Assembly: GCA_016713115.1 (NCBI GenBank)
Contig: JADJPU010000001.1
Coordinates: forward strand, 923,762-987,761
Length of the DNA: 64,000 bases
DNA from: Cellvibrionales bacterium
GTDB lineage: Bacteria > Pseudomonadota > Gammaproteobacteria > Pseudomonadales > UBA7239
Direction of reading: 5' to 3'
Part shown: piece by piece, positions 9,261-19,375 of the stretch
Numbering within the stretch: the stretch's first letter is position 1
How the letters are laid out: each line of letters begins with the position of its first letter
Program-made: the position numbers and the translations under genes
Notes under the pieces: generated by a model
The model's input: only the letters and a program-made list of their open reading frames with translations
What the model was told of the DNA's origin: nothing
Databases searched by the model: none

Positions 9261-12200
9261 AATTTTGTTTCACTCACGGTTGTTGCCGCTGCTTTGTTGT
9301 TGCGCGGCAATGTACTGCGCCACAGCTCACCGCTGCTAAAACACTGCCAACCCCAGCGGCACCACGCCATCATAGAGAACACCAACCACAGCGACCACAA
9401 CAGCATGGCCGCGCGGTACACCCACATCGGCACCGAGACTACCCACGCCTGCGGCAGTACCGCGCCGCGATCTTGATACCACAACAGTTGACTGATCGTG
9501 GATTGATTGCCCACAACTTGCATCTCTGGCGAAGACAGCAGGCTGGCGGGGATAGTGCCTACCAAACTGCCCAGTGCCAGCACGCTCAGAATCACCAAAA
9601 CCACCTGCGTCAGTTGCAGATTACCGCAGCTCCAGCCAGCGGTGTTTGCCTTGCGCCGGTATGCCATAGCCACAAACCACGCCACCACCAACACGCTGCC
9701 CACGGCATTGACCGTACTCATACCCAACCCCAACAACACCCACTGCCAAGTAGCCACGGGCGTGACGCCGCTGCGACCGAGCACTATCGCCACCAACACC
9801 ATCACCGTTAACACACCCCAGTACAACAGCGCGGGACCCATCAATGGGCCGCCCACCGCCAACAACCAGCGACCCTCCGGCATCTGCACACTGAGCTGGA
9901 TATTGTTGAGCGGCTCGTGGAGCTGCGGTTGCGGTGTGGTGATACGCCAGCCCATGTCCGTTTCTTGTCGCCAGCTCACATCCAGCCGCTGACTGCCTGG
10001 GTGCAGGGGCAGTTTCAGTTGTGCATCAGGCAGAGCCGGATTGCTCTGCTCCACGCCGTCTATCGCCACCCGCTGCAATTTGGCACCGACGGGCAAGCTC
10101 AGCGGCAATTCGCCGCCCTGACTGCTGCGCACTTGCAGGCTTAGGCTCGTATCCACCGAACGCGCACCTGGGCGGTAATCCAAATTCACCGACTCCACTG
10201 TGCGCGTGCTGCCTGCCACACCCTGCGGTCTGCTGATCTCGGCACTCAAGCTTTCGCCCGGCCACGGTTGCCACACAGGCATAACGGCACTGGCGCTCTC
10301 TTGTTTGACAGGGTTCAAACCACTGAACGCCACATGCCAGATCGGGGCGATATCCCACTGCCACACCTCGATCCACGACACCGCTTTCGCCGCCGTCAAG
10401 TTCAGAGTTGCCGCTGGCTTGAGCGTCGCCGTCCAAGAGAAGGTCTGGGCGTCGGGCGCGATCACCACCTGCACGAGACCGTCGCGCACAACCACGCCGT
10501 CCGTGAGAACGGCCTCGCTGAGTAGCAAAGGAATGGCGAGATTGATTGCACCCACAGCGGGTGCAATGCGCTCCACCGTGGTTTGCACCTGCCAATCCAA
10601 CCCCAACATCAAGCGCCGCGTGACGCGCACAAAAGGCGGTGCCGTATCTGGAAGTAAGCGCGCACTCTCGTTGCCTGCTTTTTCTGTTGGGGCATTGCGC
10701 GACAACTGCAAGCTATTGCCTGGGATGCGCCCCTCGCTCAAACCGGAGATTTGCCAACCCTCGGCACTGGCGCTGATGTTATGTGCCGACATAGAGAAAG
10801 GCAGTTGCAGGGCATCGCCCGCCACTTCGCCTTCCAGCACCACACTGTGGCTGCCCGCCGTCACAGCCAACCACAGATGCCCATTTTCATCGCGACGCAG
10901 GCGCTGTGTGGGCATGCCGTCCACCAACACCGCGCGCGGTTGCCACTGCTCCGCCGCTGGCAGCGGCACGGCGACCTCAATTTGTGCATCAATTTGCAAC
11001 TGGATACGCAGGACATTGCCACTGATCTGCACCTGCCCGCGATTCAGAGCCGCACACTGCGGCGCACAATCAGGCGCGCGCGTGAGGCGCTGCTCCAATT
11101 CATCCAACATCGCTTTGCTAGGGAAAGCGGCATTGGTCTCTTGCGCCCACACCGGCTGGCCTTGCAGCAACAAACCCGCCAGCAACAGCACCGGTGCCAC
11201 CGCTTTGCTCGCCGCGAGTTTGCGCCAAGCCGCGTTCGGCCACGCAGCGCGCAATAGCAACAACGCAAAGGCAAATGCTAACAACACTGAAGCCAAACGC
11301 CATATTTTATGAAGTATTGGCGATAGTAAGTACAAACGCACAGTTTGATCTTGCAGCACGGGACCGCTCCAATACAGGCTGACCGTCTGCCAGCGCCACG
11401 CCGGTTCGCCAGGGCCAGTTTGCACTTGCGCACTGGGGTCGTAGCCGCTGCTAGGCTCCTGCGCTGGCTTGGTCGCACGCTTCATCTTGCTGGGATAATC
11501 GGCGCTCTCTGCTCTGCGAACCGCCGGCGCCGCTGCAGGTATGGCTTCCATGGCAACTTGCGCACCGCCCACCATATCGTCTGCCACTTGCATCGCCGCA
11601 CCTATCACACCGCTCTGTGTCTGTGCACCACCCTGCTGAATCGTCGCGGCGCGCCCCAATTCCAACTGCGGATAGATAGCGCTGCGCGCCTGCTCCACGG
11701 CGAAGTTCAGCAACAGCAAGGTCAGCAACAGCAACACCACGCTGTTGACTGCAGCGATCACCTGCCGGAAGCGCCCCGCCGGCAGCGCGCGCAACAAGCC
11801 CGTGCCGATCAAAGCAGCCAACCACAGAAACACAGGTGCCTGCCCTGCATGATAAGTGAGCATCAGCGCCAACAAAGCCACCACACCACCACCGACACCG
11901 AGCAACCGCCAACTGGCTGCCGCCACAATCAGCACCAAAAAAATTGCCCACAAATTCCAACGCGCCAACCACGAGCCAGCGGCGCTGTCGGCGCCCTCGG
12001 CGTGCAGCAACAGCCAGCCGGGGGGCAGGTACAAATTGGCGGATACGCTGTTCATCTCGCGCTGCCAAGCAGTGATGGGAATAGCTGTGAACTGCGCCAA
12101 ACGGCTGACACTGAGCAGATTCAAAGCTCCGGCACGCAACTCCACACCGGCTTCGTTTTGTTGACTGTCCAAGCGCGTCACTAGCTGCGGCTCGCCGTTT

Positions 12201-13390
12201 ACCTCTACACGCCCCAAGGTTTGCGCGGGCGCGGCAGAAAAGCGACTGGCCTGTCGCAAGCTGCCCGACACCACATCGCGACTGGTCATGCCGCTGCCGT
12301 CAAAATCTAGCCACAACTCGCGCCGCAGTGACAGCGCATCACTGGCGGTATCACCCAGCTGCGCTACATCTCCACGCTGGGTTTCGGTCAGAGTCAGTGT
12401 GTCGTTCGCCGTCAACAACCACGCGGGCGCTTGTCGCCATACCGCCGGCATATCGGTTTGCGAAGGATCCAGTGCCGTGGTGCTTGCAGGGGTCACTTGG
12501 CGCAACTGACGATCCGCCTGCCACGACCACACTTCTTCAGCGGGCCAGCTGTCGTCCAGCTTTTTAGGGCTGAAACTTGCGGGCTGGCCTTCTGCGCGCG
12601 CGCGCAGCACCAGCTCCCACTCACCGGCGCGCAGTTGCACACGCAAACGGCCGTCCGCTTCGATGCGCGCGGGCAGCGGAGTATCCAAGGCCAGCGGCAC
12701 AAAACCATCCAACAAAAATTGACCGAGTAGCACTTCACGGTCACGACCGGCTACGCGCAGACGCAACACCGTTTCCATTTGCAAGGGAATACCGTCTTGT
12801 ACTTGGCGAAACACTTGCACGGCGAGGGTATCCGCCACCGTCACTGGCGCGCGATTTTCACCAAACAATAAATAACCCTGTGCGTCGATGGAAGGCTGCG
12901 CTACGGGTTTGCCCTGCACGGTGAGCGCCAGCAGACCGGTACCCGCCGGCAGAGCCAAACGCGTGGGCAGCGCATCCCAGCGCATTACACCTTGCAGTTG
13001 ATGTTCACCGGCTGGTAACAACACCGAGGGTGCACCGTCGTGTTCCACCACCTGCGCCGGTTTTTTATCCACTAAAACATCTTGCGGCCACTGCTCAACA
13101 TCACCAGGCAGTGTCACCCACCCCTCGCGATAGAGCTGCCAGCTCTGCGTAAACAAAGCACCGCGCTCATCGACCTGCAGCTGCAACTGCCCTGGCCAGC
13201 GACAAAAGCGCTCGCCGAGTTCGGCGTATTGCGGCGGGCAAGCGAGATCTTTGTGTGCCTCCAACACCCAAGCGCGCCACGGCTCCAAAGCATCAGGCAC
13301 CGCAGCTGGCACAGCGCGAACACTGCCGCACACCATTGAAAAAACCGTTAGCAAAAAAAATAATGAGCAGAGTTTTTTAATGCCGTGCAT
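9257..13390 (-). CDS. 1,377-aa bipartite envelope membrane protein, unknown function
   Basis: Long ORF. I place the start at ATG 13390 (MHGIKKLCSLFFLLTVFSMVCGSVRA, signal-like), preceded by AAGGAG with a 6-nt spacer. The upstream 24 codons of the track ORF overlap the preceding gene. There are two large hydrophilic regions, each followed by a cluster of TM helices. Confidence 0.7.
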   Translation of the reverse strand: MHGIKKLCSLFFLLTVFSMVCGSVRAVPAAVPDALEPWRAWVLEAHKDLACPPQYAELGERFCRWPGQLQLQVDERGALFTQSWQLYREGWVTLPGDVEQWPQDVLVDKKPAQVVEHDGAPSVLLPAGEHQLQGVMRWDALPTRLALPAGTGLLALTVQGKPVAQPSIDAQGYLLFGENRAPVTVADTLAVQVFRQVQDGIPLQMETVLRLRVAGRDREVLLGQFLLDGFVPLALDTPLPARIEADGRLRVQLRAGEWELVLRARAEGQPASFSPKKLDDSWPAEEVWSWQADRQLRQVTPASTTALDPSQTDMPAVWRQAPAWLLTANDTLTLTETQRGDVAQLGDTASDALSLRRELWLDFDGSGMTSRDVVSGSLRQASRFSAAPAQTLGRVEVNGEPQLVTRLDSQQNEAGVELRAGALNLLSVSRLAQFTAIPITAWQREMNSVSANLYLPPGWLLLHAEGADSAAGSWLARWNLWAIFLVLIVAAASWRLLGVGGGVVALLALMLTYHAGQAPVFLWLAALIGTGLLRALPAGRFRQVIAAVNSVVLLLLTLLLLNFAVEQARSAIYPQLELGRAATIQQGGAQTQSGVIGAAMQVADDMVGGAQVAMEAIPAAAPAVRRAESADYPSKMKRATKPAQEPSSGYDPSAQVQTGPGEPAWRWQTVSLYWSGPVLQDQTVRLYLLSPILHKIWRLASVLLAFAFALLLLRAAWPNAAWRKLAASKAVAPVLLLAGLLLQGQPVWAQETNAAFPSKAMLDELEQRLTRAPDCAPQCAALNRGQVQISGNVLRIQLQIDAQIEVAVPLPAAEQWQPRAVLVDGMPTQRLRRDENGHLWLAVTAGSHSVVLEGEVAGDALQLPFSMSAHNISASAEGWQISGLSEGRIPGNSLQLSRNAPTEKAGNESARLLPDTAPPFVRVTRRLMLGLDWQVQTTVERIAPAVGAINLAIPLLLSEAVLTDGVVVRDGLVQVVIAPDAQTFSWTATLKPAATLNLTAAKAVSWIEVWQWDIAPIWHVAFSGLNPVKQESASAVMPVWQPWPGESLSAEISRPQGVAGSTRTVESVNLDYRPGARSVDTSLSLQVRSSQGGELPLSLPVGAKLQRVAIDGVEQSNPALPDAQLKLPLHPGSQRLDVSWRQETDMGWRITTPQPQLHEPLNNIQLSVQMPEGRWLLAVGGPLMGPALLYWGVLTVMVLVAIVLGRSGVTPVATWQWVLLGLGMSTVNAVGSVLVVAWFVAMAYRRKANTAGWSCGNLQLTQVVLVILSVLALGSLVGTIPASLLSSPEMQVVGNQSTISQLLWYQDRGAVLPQAWVVSVPMWVYRAAMLLWSLWLVFSMMAWCRWGWQCFSSGELWRSTLPRNNKAAATTVSETKL

Positions 13391-13403
13391 AGTGTTCTCC
13401 TTT

Positions 13404-15113
13404 TTATTCATTTTTTGACGGATAAAAATCCGCTGACAAATAACGCACAAACCACGAATCATTTCGCCCCATAAATTGCCAACCCGCCATGTAGCCAGGA
13501 ATACTTTTGCCAGCCACTTTCACATCCGCATGCAGCGTTGCCAGCAACACATTCGACACACCAGAAAACGCACTCGGCAACAATAGCAACAGCAACAAGC
13601 CCGCCCGCCAATACGCGCCAGCCGACCACAACGCCCGCAGAATCGCCAGCAGCACTAGCAATACACCAAAATAAATTGCAGATGAAGATCGCACCATAAG
13701 GTCGTTATACACGCCGTAGTACACGCAAGACAATACCACCGCAGAGACAAACACCGCGACGGCAAACACAACCAGACTCTTATCCAGCCAACGCCGATAC
13801 AGCACCACCACCAATGCGTATAAACACCAGCTCTTCAACAAAAACAGCAAAAAAATCACTTTGTCGATTTTCAAAAAAGGCAACACACCATACGGCTGAT
13901 CACTAACAGAAACACTCGCGTAGTAAACACCCAACACACCCAGGACACTCACACCGACCAATGCCGTCAGCCACCCATCTTTGTTACTGCCGCAATAGAA
14001 AAATTGCCAAGCTAACAAAATCAAAACCAGTGGCAACAAGCCGAGCGCAATCATCGGCGCGTAATACGCCAACAGCGCGCAAGCAAATAAAATTGTGACA
14101 ACTTTTTGTTGATAGGCTGCTTGGCACAACAAACCTACTACCAACCAACCGGCCACTGTTTGATGCGGCGCCCACAACAGCGAAGAAGCTAGTGAAGTGA
14201 AGTTACCAAACCACATACCTTGCACTAAATCAGTCGCCGGCCAAAAATCCAACATTGGCGGCGCACTTAACCATGTCAGCAGCACAGACAACAGCGTTAT
14301 CGGCGCGTCCAGTTGACCCCACGCATATGGATATTGGCTGATCTGCAACAGCAAGCCGACTACCACATCCCAGCCGCCAAAAAACACCACCCCAATTGCC
14401 GCTACCCACGAACGCACACGCGTCAACAGCGCCATCATGCGCAGCGCCAGCCAGCATCCCGCCAACAACCAAAGATGTTGCGCCAACATGGCTGCCGATA
14501 TTCCCGCTATTTTTCCTATCAAAGCGGGCCACAAGTAGTAGCCGGCGTACTGCACCAACAGTTGAAAACTGCCATCGGCATTTGCATAGCTGACAGGCCA
14601 TGTGTAGTGAATCAAATCCAACAAACGCCCGTTATGCATTACATAATCTGACGATTGATAACCATAACCCCCTGCGCCGCACACGCTCACCCACGCCAAC
14701 ACAACGAGATAACCCGCAAGACCTGCCGAGTTATTTTTTTCTGATGCGTTTTTTTCTGGCGCTGCGCACTGACGAATACTCCACCACAACGCAGCGCCCC
14801 ACACTGCGGTGAATACCAGCGCCCACACTGGACGCAGCCATGTAGCAGAAAAAAGCAATAACGGACTGCCCAACCATAGCAGTGCTATTTTCCACGGTGA
14901 AAAGCGCTCGGCAATCAACCAATACAGCGCACGGTAAAAAATGGCATGTCCTAGCACATACACTAGCACTTCCTGCCAACCGGCTACGGTTTGATACAAA
15001 GAGCGCGTTGCCAAGGCTATAAAAGCCATCCACCAAAACGGCGTGTCCAACGCCACGCGTAGCCATGCCTGCTGTGCGAATAGTCTATTAGCGCGCATCA
15101 TTGCTTCAGCCAT
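13404..15113 (-). CDS. polytopic inner-membrane protein, unknown function
   Basis: 569-aa ORF, hydrophobic almost throughout (more than 10 predicted helices) and Trp/Tyr-rich. ATG 15113 lies inside the last codons of ampG (8-nt overlap). Confidence 0.65.
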   Translation of the reverse strand: MAEAMMRANRLFAQQAWLRVALDTPFWWMAFIALATRSLYQTVAGWQEVLVYVLGHAIFYRALYWLIAERFSPWKIALLWLGSPLLLFSATWLRPVWALVFTAVWGAALWWSIRQCAAPEKNASEKNNSAGLAGYLVVLAWVSVCGAGGYGYQSSDYVMHNGRLLDLIHYTWPVSYANADGSFQLLVQYAGYYLWPALIGKIAGISAAMLAQHLWLLAGCWLALRMMALLTRVRSWVAAIGVVFFGGWDVVVGLLLQISQYPYAWGQLDAPITLLSVLLTWLSAPPMLDFWPATDLVQGMWFGNFTSLASSLLWAPHQTVAGWLVVGLLCQAAYQQKVVTILFACALLAYYAPMIALGLLPLVLILLAWQFFYCGSNKDGWLTALVGVSVLGVLGVYYASVSVSDQPYGVLPFLKIDKVIFLLFLLKSWCLYALVVVLYRRWLDKSLVVFAVAVFVSAVVLSCVYYGVYNDLMVRSSSAIYFGVLLVLLAILRALWSAGAYWRAGLLLLLLLPSAFSGVSNVLLATLHADVKVAGKSIPGYMAGWQFMGRNDSWFVRYLSADFYPSKNE

Positions 15114-16386
15114 GATCGAATAACTTGTCTCTCATGTTTTTCATCACCCAGAAAAATAAAACTAATGCCGGAACGATGCTCAGTGTTGAAAAAACAAAAA
15201 AACCTTTGTAGCCAAAACTGCCCACCAAGAAACCAGAAAATCCGCCCACCAATTTTCCTGGCAGCGCCACCAGCGAACTGAACAATGCGTACTGTGTAGC
15301 GGTGTACTCGCGACTCACCAAGGATGACAACCACGCCACCGCCACCGTGCCGAGAAAACCGCCCGATAAATTCTCGCCGGTGATGACCGCAGTAAACACC
15401 GCGACATTGCCAGGGAAAATAGCCAAAAAAATGTACAGCAGATTGCTCACAGCGCCGAGCAACATTGCCAACAACAAACTGCGCTGCACGCCCATCCACG
15501 CCACTACCGCGCCGCCAATAAATGCACCGCCGATACCCACCCACACGCCGTACAATTTTGAAACAGCGGCGATATCGGTTTTGCTAAAACCGCTGTCGAG
15601 ATAAAACGGAAACGCCATCACACCGATCATTTGATCGGGAATTTTGAACAGCCCCATAAACAGCAACAGCAACACACCCAGCCAGCCGCTGTAGCGTTGA
15701 AAAAAATCGCGAAACGGGCCGATCACACCATCGCTGAGTACCGCGCGCCAAGAAGACGAGCGCACGGTCAGCGTTTCCGGTTCGCGCGCCGCCAAGGTGG
15801 CCAGCATCACCAACAGCACCGCACAGGCCATGGCGCTGTACACCAGCGACCACGCGATGTGATCCGCCAACAGCAAAGCCAGCGCACCCGATACCAACAG
15901 TGCAATACGATAGCCAAGCGTCGCGGTGGCAGCCAGCGCGCCCTGCGCCTCCAAGGGTGCAATCTCGATGCGATAGGCGTCGATCACCACATCCTGTGTG
16001 GCACCGGCAAAAGCCACCAAGGCCGCAGCCACAACAAACCACGCAAAAGAACCGCTGGGAGTAATCCATGCCATCCACAACAGTGCTGCTGCCAGCAGCG
16101 CCTGCGCCAACAGCAACCAACTGCGGCGCTGGCCGAGTTGCTCTAAGAGAGGCAGACGCAAACTGTCTACCGCCGGCGACCACAAAAATTTGAAGGAGTA
16201 GGTCAACCCCACCAAGCTGACCAAGCCAATCTGCTCCAGTGACACCGCGTTATCTTTCAGCCAGGTGGAAAGCGTGCTGCCCACCAACAAAAACGGCAGG
16301 CCGGAGGCAAAACCAAAAAAGAACATCACCAAAGCAGCGGGCTGTGCAAACGCTTGGCGTAATGTGAGGCGGGGAGGCGAATCCAT
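15106..16386 (-). CDS. ampG: AmpG-family MFS permease (muropeptide transporter-like)
   Basis: 426 aa. The N-terminus ...FFFGFASGLPFLLVGSTLSTWL...IGLVSLVGLTYSFKFLWSPAVD... parallels E. coli AmpG (LGFASGLPLAL..GTLQAWM...FSLVGQAYVFKFLWSPLMD). It has a 12-14 TM profile. Confidence 0.85.
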   Translation of the reverse strand: MDSPPRLTLRQAFAQPAALVMFFFGFASGLPFLLVGSTLSTWLKDNAVSLEQIGLVSLVGLTYSFKFLWSPAVDSLRLPLLEQLGQRRSWLLLAQALLAAALLWMAWITPSGSFAWFVVAAALVAFAGATQDVVIDAYRIEIAPLEAQGALAATATLGYRIALLVSGALALLLADHIAWSLVYSAMACAVLLVMLATLAAREPETLTVRSSSWRAVLSDGVIGPFRDFFQRYSGWLGVLLLLFMGLFKIPDQMIGVMAFPFYLDSGFSKTDIAAVSKLYGVWVGIGGAFIGGAVVAWMGVQRSLLLAMLLGAVSNLLYIFLAIFPGNVAVFTAVITGENLSGGFLGTVAVAWLSSLVSREYTATQYALFSSLVALPGKLVGGFSGFLVGSFGYKGFFVFSTLSIVPALVLFFWVMKNMRDKLFDHG

Positions 16387-16467
16387 GCAAAAACCTGTCA
16401 GAAAGAGCAGCAGCCATTATCTACACAAGCCGCTACCATGGCACCCTGCTCATCGCGGAGAAAATCC

Positions 16468-16905
16468 ATGCGCACTGCCACACTGCCTTTGTTACTGCTC
16501 GCCGCTTTATTCATCGGCATCACGGGCTGCCAATCCCAACCCGCCAACGACAAACTCACGCTGGAAAACAATTACTGGAAATTGGTGGAGCTGCACGGAA
16601 AGCCCGTTGCCGTTATCGACAATCAAACCGAACCGCATTTAATTCTGCACGCTGACAAACAACGCGTCGCCGGTTCTGGTGGCTGTAATCGCATCATGGG
16701 CAGCTATACCGTGCACGCTGACACCGTGCAATTCAAGCAAATGGCTTCCACCATGATGTTTTGTGCCGAAGGCATGGATACAGAACAAATGTTTCTACGC
16801 TCACTGGAAGGCGAACAACACTGGGTTACAACTCACGATACGCTGACGCTTTCTAACAAACAGGGCAAAGTTTTTGCGCGCTTTTCCGTGGTATATCTGC
16901 GTTGA
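16468..16905 (+). CDS. META-domain (HslJ-like) lipoprotein
   Basis: MRTATLPLLLLAALFIGITGC lipobox, then ...YWKLVELHGKPV...GSGGCNRIMGSY...MASTMMFCAEGMD..., a META/HslJ-type pattern. The start is chosen at the internal ATG 16468 of track ORF 16438..16905. Confidence 0.7.
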   Translation: MRTATLPLLLLAALFIGITGCQSQPANDKLTLENNYWKLVELHGKPVAVIDNQTEPHLILHADKQRVAGSGGCNRIMGSYTVHADTVQFKQMASTMMFCAEGMDTEQMFLRSLEGEQHWVTTHDTLTLSNKQGKVFARFSVVYLR

Positions 16906-16935
16906 AGTGCAATCACACCAAGGATGTCATTGTAA

Positions 16936-18108
16936 ATGACTAACGCACCAGCACCATCCTACAAAACCAGCACTTGGTTTTGGGTTTGCGTCCTTGTTCT
17001 ACTCATTTCTGTAGCACGCGGCATTCGCATGCCTGGCAACTGGGCATACACCCACTTTTTATTCAACTACGAAGCTGGATTTATCAAGCGTGGATTGATA
17101 GGAGAAATTTTTCATACACTGAATCCAACCTACAGCAACAATCATCTGTGGTTTACCTTCGTCAATGTGGCTTTTTTTATCGCTGCTATCTCTGCGCTAT
17201 TGTATTGCATGCACACATTAATCAAGCGCAACAGCGCATGGCTAATAGCAGCATCCATACTTTTTGCATCTAGCTTAAGTCCCACCTATCTTGCTCATAC
17301 CATCGGCTACTTTGACATCATCAGCGTATTTGCCGTTATTCTTCTAACGCAGTTGCTGCGCGCACCTTATCGCCAATGGCTTTTCTTGCCTGTAACAATT
17401 ATTTGTCTGCTAATACACGAATCTTTTTTTATTATTTTTTTCCCGCTGCTGTTTGTGCATGTTGTTTTTTTTCAGGAAAGACGAACAAAAAAAGATAGGC
17501 TTCTACTGGGAAGCGGATACGCATTGCTAACTTTCAGCATTGCTTTTCTATTGGCAAATTATGCCTTACTCGACTCATCAGGCCGCCTAGCCTTACAAGG
17601 CCATTTAGAAAAAATTGCTTCCATTCCTCTACGCCTTGATGGTTTTTCTGTATTGGTAAGGCACATCGGTGATAACTATGGAATTATGGCTCCCTCTTTA
17701 TTTTCTTTATGGCCCAACATCGAATCACTCCCTGTTACACTGCCAACAGCCATAGTGTTAAACATGCTCATCTGGAAAATTGTACGGCCTCACCACAGTT
17801 TTCAATCAACACTGGTGATTTGTTTGGCGTCATTCTCTCCATTGGCAATGCATATCCTTGCCTGGGATACTCACCGCTGGAACGCATTGATGGTAACAAC
17901 CAGCTTTCTGAATCTCTGCAATGTGGCGCGACATTATCCAGCACCACAAATCCAGCCACCTTACCCTGTTTTTGTGCTGCTCATTTTTCTTAATGGCGCA
18001 TCGACAATCGGCTTATTTGAAGAATATGAAGTAAGGCAGTTTCCTTTTTTTGACGAGATTTACAAAACCATCCCCGTATACAACACTCAACAAGGCAGCT
18101 ATAACTAG
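16936..18108 (+). CDS. polytopic membrane protein, unknown function, visibly AT-rich
   Basis: 390-aa ORF with about 9-10 hydrophobic segments. No motif recognised. Sampled lines give roughly 32-43% GC, against about 55-57% in neighbouring genes. Confidence 0.6.
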   Translation: MTNAPAPSYKTSTWFWVCVLVLLISVARGIRMPGNWAYTHFLFNYEAGFIKRGLIGEIFHTLNPTYSNNHLWFTFVNVAFFIAAISALLYCMHTLIKRNSAWLIAASILFASSLSPTYLAHTIGYFDIISVFAVILLTQLLRAPYRQWLFLPVTIICLLIHESFFIIFFPLLFVHVVFFQERRTKKDRLLLGSGYALLTFSIAFLLANYALLDSSGRLALQGHLEKIASIPLRLDGFSVLVRHIGDNYGIMAPSLFSLWPNIESLPVTLPTAIVLNMLIWKIVRPHHSFQSTLVICLASFSPLAMHILAWDTHRWNALMVTTSFLNLCNVARHYPAPQIQPPYPVFVLLIFLNGASTIGLFEEYEVRQFPFFDEIYKTIPVYNTQQGSYN

Positions 18109-18146
18109 CGCTCTTGCCTTTTAATTTCTTATTTTTGGCAGAAAAA

Positions 18147-18824
18147 ATGACCCAAGACAAACTCAAACAAGCCGTAGCCCAAGCCGCTCTCGATTATGTG
18201 ATGACACGCATTGCACGCGACTCGGTAATTGGCATTGGCACGGGATCCACGGCCAATTATTTTATTGATGCGCTGGCGAAATACGCGGGCGATTTTGCCG
18301 GTTGTGTGTCCAGCTCCGATGCGTCCACACAACGCTTACAAAAACACGGCATCGAAGTGTTTGACCTCAACCACACCGGCTCGTTTGATATTTATATCGA
18401 CGGCGCTGACGAAGCCAACGCGCAACTGGAATTGATTAAAGGCGGCGGCGCGGCATTGACACGCGAAAAAATTGTCGCCGCCTGCGCCAAAGAATTTGTG
18501 TGCATTGCCGATGAATCTAAATTGGTCGGTACGCTGGGCAGTTTTCCTCTGCCGGTAGAAGTCATCCCCATGGCGCGTAGTTTAGTGGCGCGTGAATTGG
18601 TCAAACTCGGCGGCGATCCCGTGTATCGCACTGGTGTCATCACCGATAATGGCAACGTGATTTTAGATGTGCACAATCTACACATCACCTCACCGCGTTT
18701 GTTGGAAGAAAAAATCAACAATATTACCGGCGTGGTGTGCAACGGTTTATTTGCACTGCGCCCCGCCGATGTTTTGCTGCTCGGCCGACCTAGCGGCGTT
18801 GAAACTCTGCGCGCCACGGCATAA
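18147..18824 (+). CDS. rpiA: ribose-5-phosphate isomerase A
   Basis: [18 protein letters not shown]...[16 protein letters not shown]...IDGADEA...[15 protein letters not shown], RpiA motifs. Start taken at the internal ATG 18147. Confidence 0.9.
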   Translation: MTQDKLKQAVAQAALDYVMTRIARDSVIGIGTGSTANYFIDALAKYAGDFAGCVSSSDASTQRLQKHGIEVFDLNHTGSFDIYIDGADEANAQLELIKGGGAALTREKIVAACAKEFVCIADESKLVGTLGSFPLPVEVIPMARSLVARELVKLGGDPVYRTGVITDNGNVILDVHNLHITSPRLLEEKINNITGVVCNGLFALRPADVLLLGRPSGVETLRATA

Positions 18825-19375
18825 TGCAAAATACCTTCCGCCATATTTCGCAAAAACCACCGCGAGCTTTGCGGGTGTGGCTGCACGATCGCAGCTCACT
18901 CACGCGTCGTTTGCAAACGCTGAGCAATAATCAATTTTCTGTCACCGTACTGAAACAGCGCTGGGAAAAACCGCGCCGCGCAGAAGCGCAATTATTAAAC
19001 CTGCCGCTGCACGAAGTCGCACTGATACGCGAAGTGATCCTGCACGGCAACAGCACGCCGTGGGTGTATGCTCGCAGCATTCTTCCGCTGCGCACTTTGA
19101 ATGGCTCACTGCGTTTTTTGCGTCACTGGGACAATCGCCCACTCGGTGCGCTGCTGTTTCGCAATCAGCGCATTCGGCGCGAAAAACCTATCGTGCAGCA
19201 GCTACCCTGTTCTTCTCTGCCTGCGAGTTTGCCCGTAGCCGATATGCCCGCACAGTTATGGGGGCGCTCCTCGGTGTTTCGTTGCGGCGCGCACGGTTTA
19301 TTAGTGGCAGAAACTTTCTTGCCTGCACTGGTCAATGTCATTATGTCCTCATCGTATTCAACGCCATCGCCATGA
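18824..19375 (+). CDS. ubiC: chorismate pyruvate-lyase UbiC
   Basis: 183 aa. ...LHDRSSLTRRLQ...LIREVILHGNSTPWVYARSILP...PLGALLF...WGRSSVF...LLVAETFLPA parallels E. coli UbiC. It is immediately upstream of ubiA with an ATGA overlap. Confidence 0.8.
   Translation: MQNTFRHISQKPPRALRVWLHDRSSLTRRLQTLSNNQFSVTVLKQRWEKPRRAEAQLLNLPLHEVALIREVILHGNSTPWVYARSILPLRTLNGSLRFLRHWDNRPLGALLFRNQRIRREKPIVQQLPCSSLPASLPVADMPAQLWGRSSVFRCGAHGLLVAETFLPALVNVIMSSSYSTPSP

Noticed and set aside
9473-12184. Multiple 100-370-aa ORFs on the plus strand and in off-frames (for example 10200..11312, 11345..12184, 11451..12068) inside the 1,377-aa gene.
   Set aside because: These are typical antisense or off-frame open stretches in GC-rich coding DNA (Arg/Ala/Pro/Cys-rich). 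None has a plausible RBS or a recognisable domain.
19060-19371. Long N-terminal extension of the ubiA ORF (the 402-aa version), and similar 5' extensions for rph (20094), rpiA (18114), the 1,377-aa gene (13462), purH (54647), the kinase (51799) and rsmD (32645).
   Set aside because: The extensions overlap the preceding genes. Homologues start at the internal codons I chose, several of which have SD sequences or stop/start overlaps.
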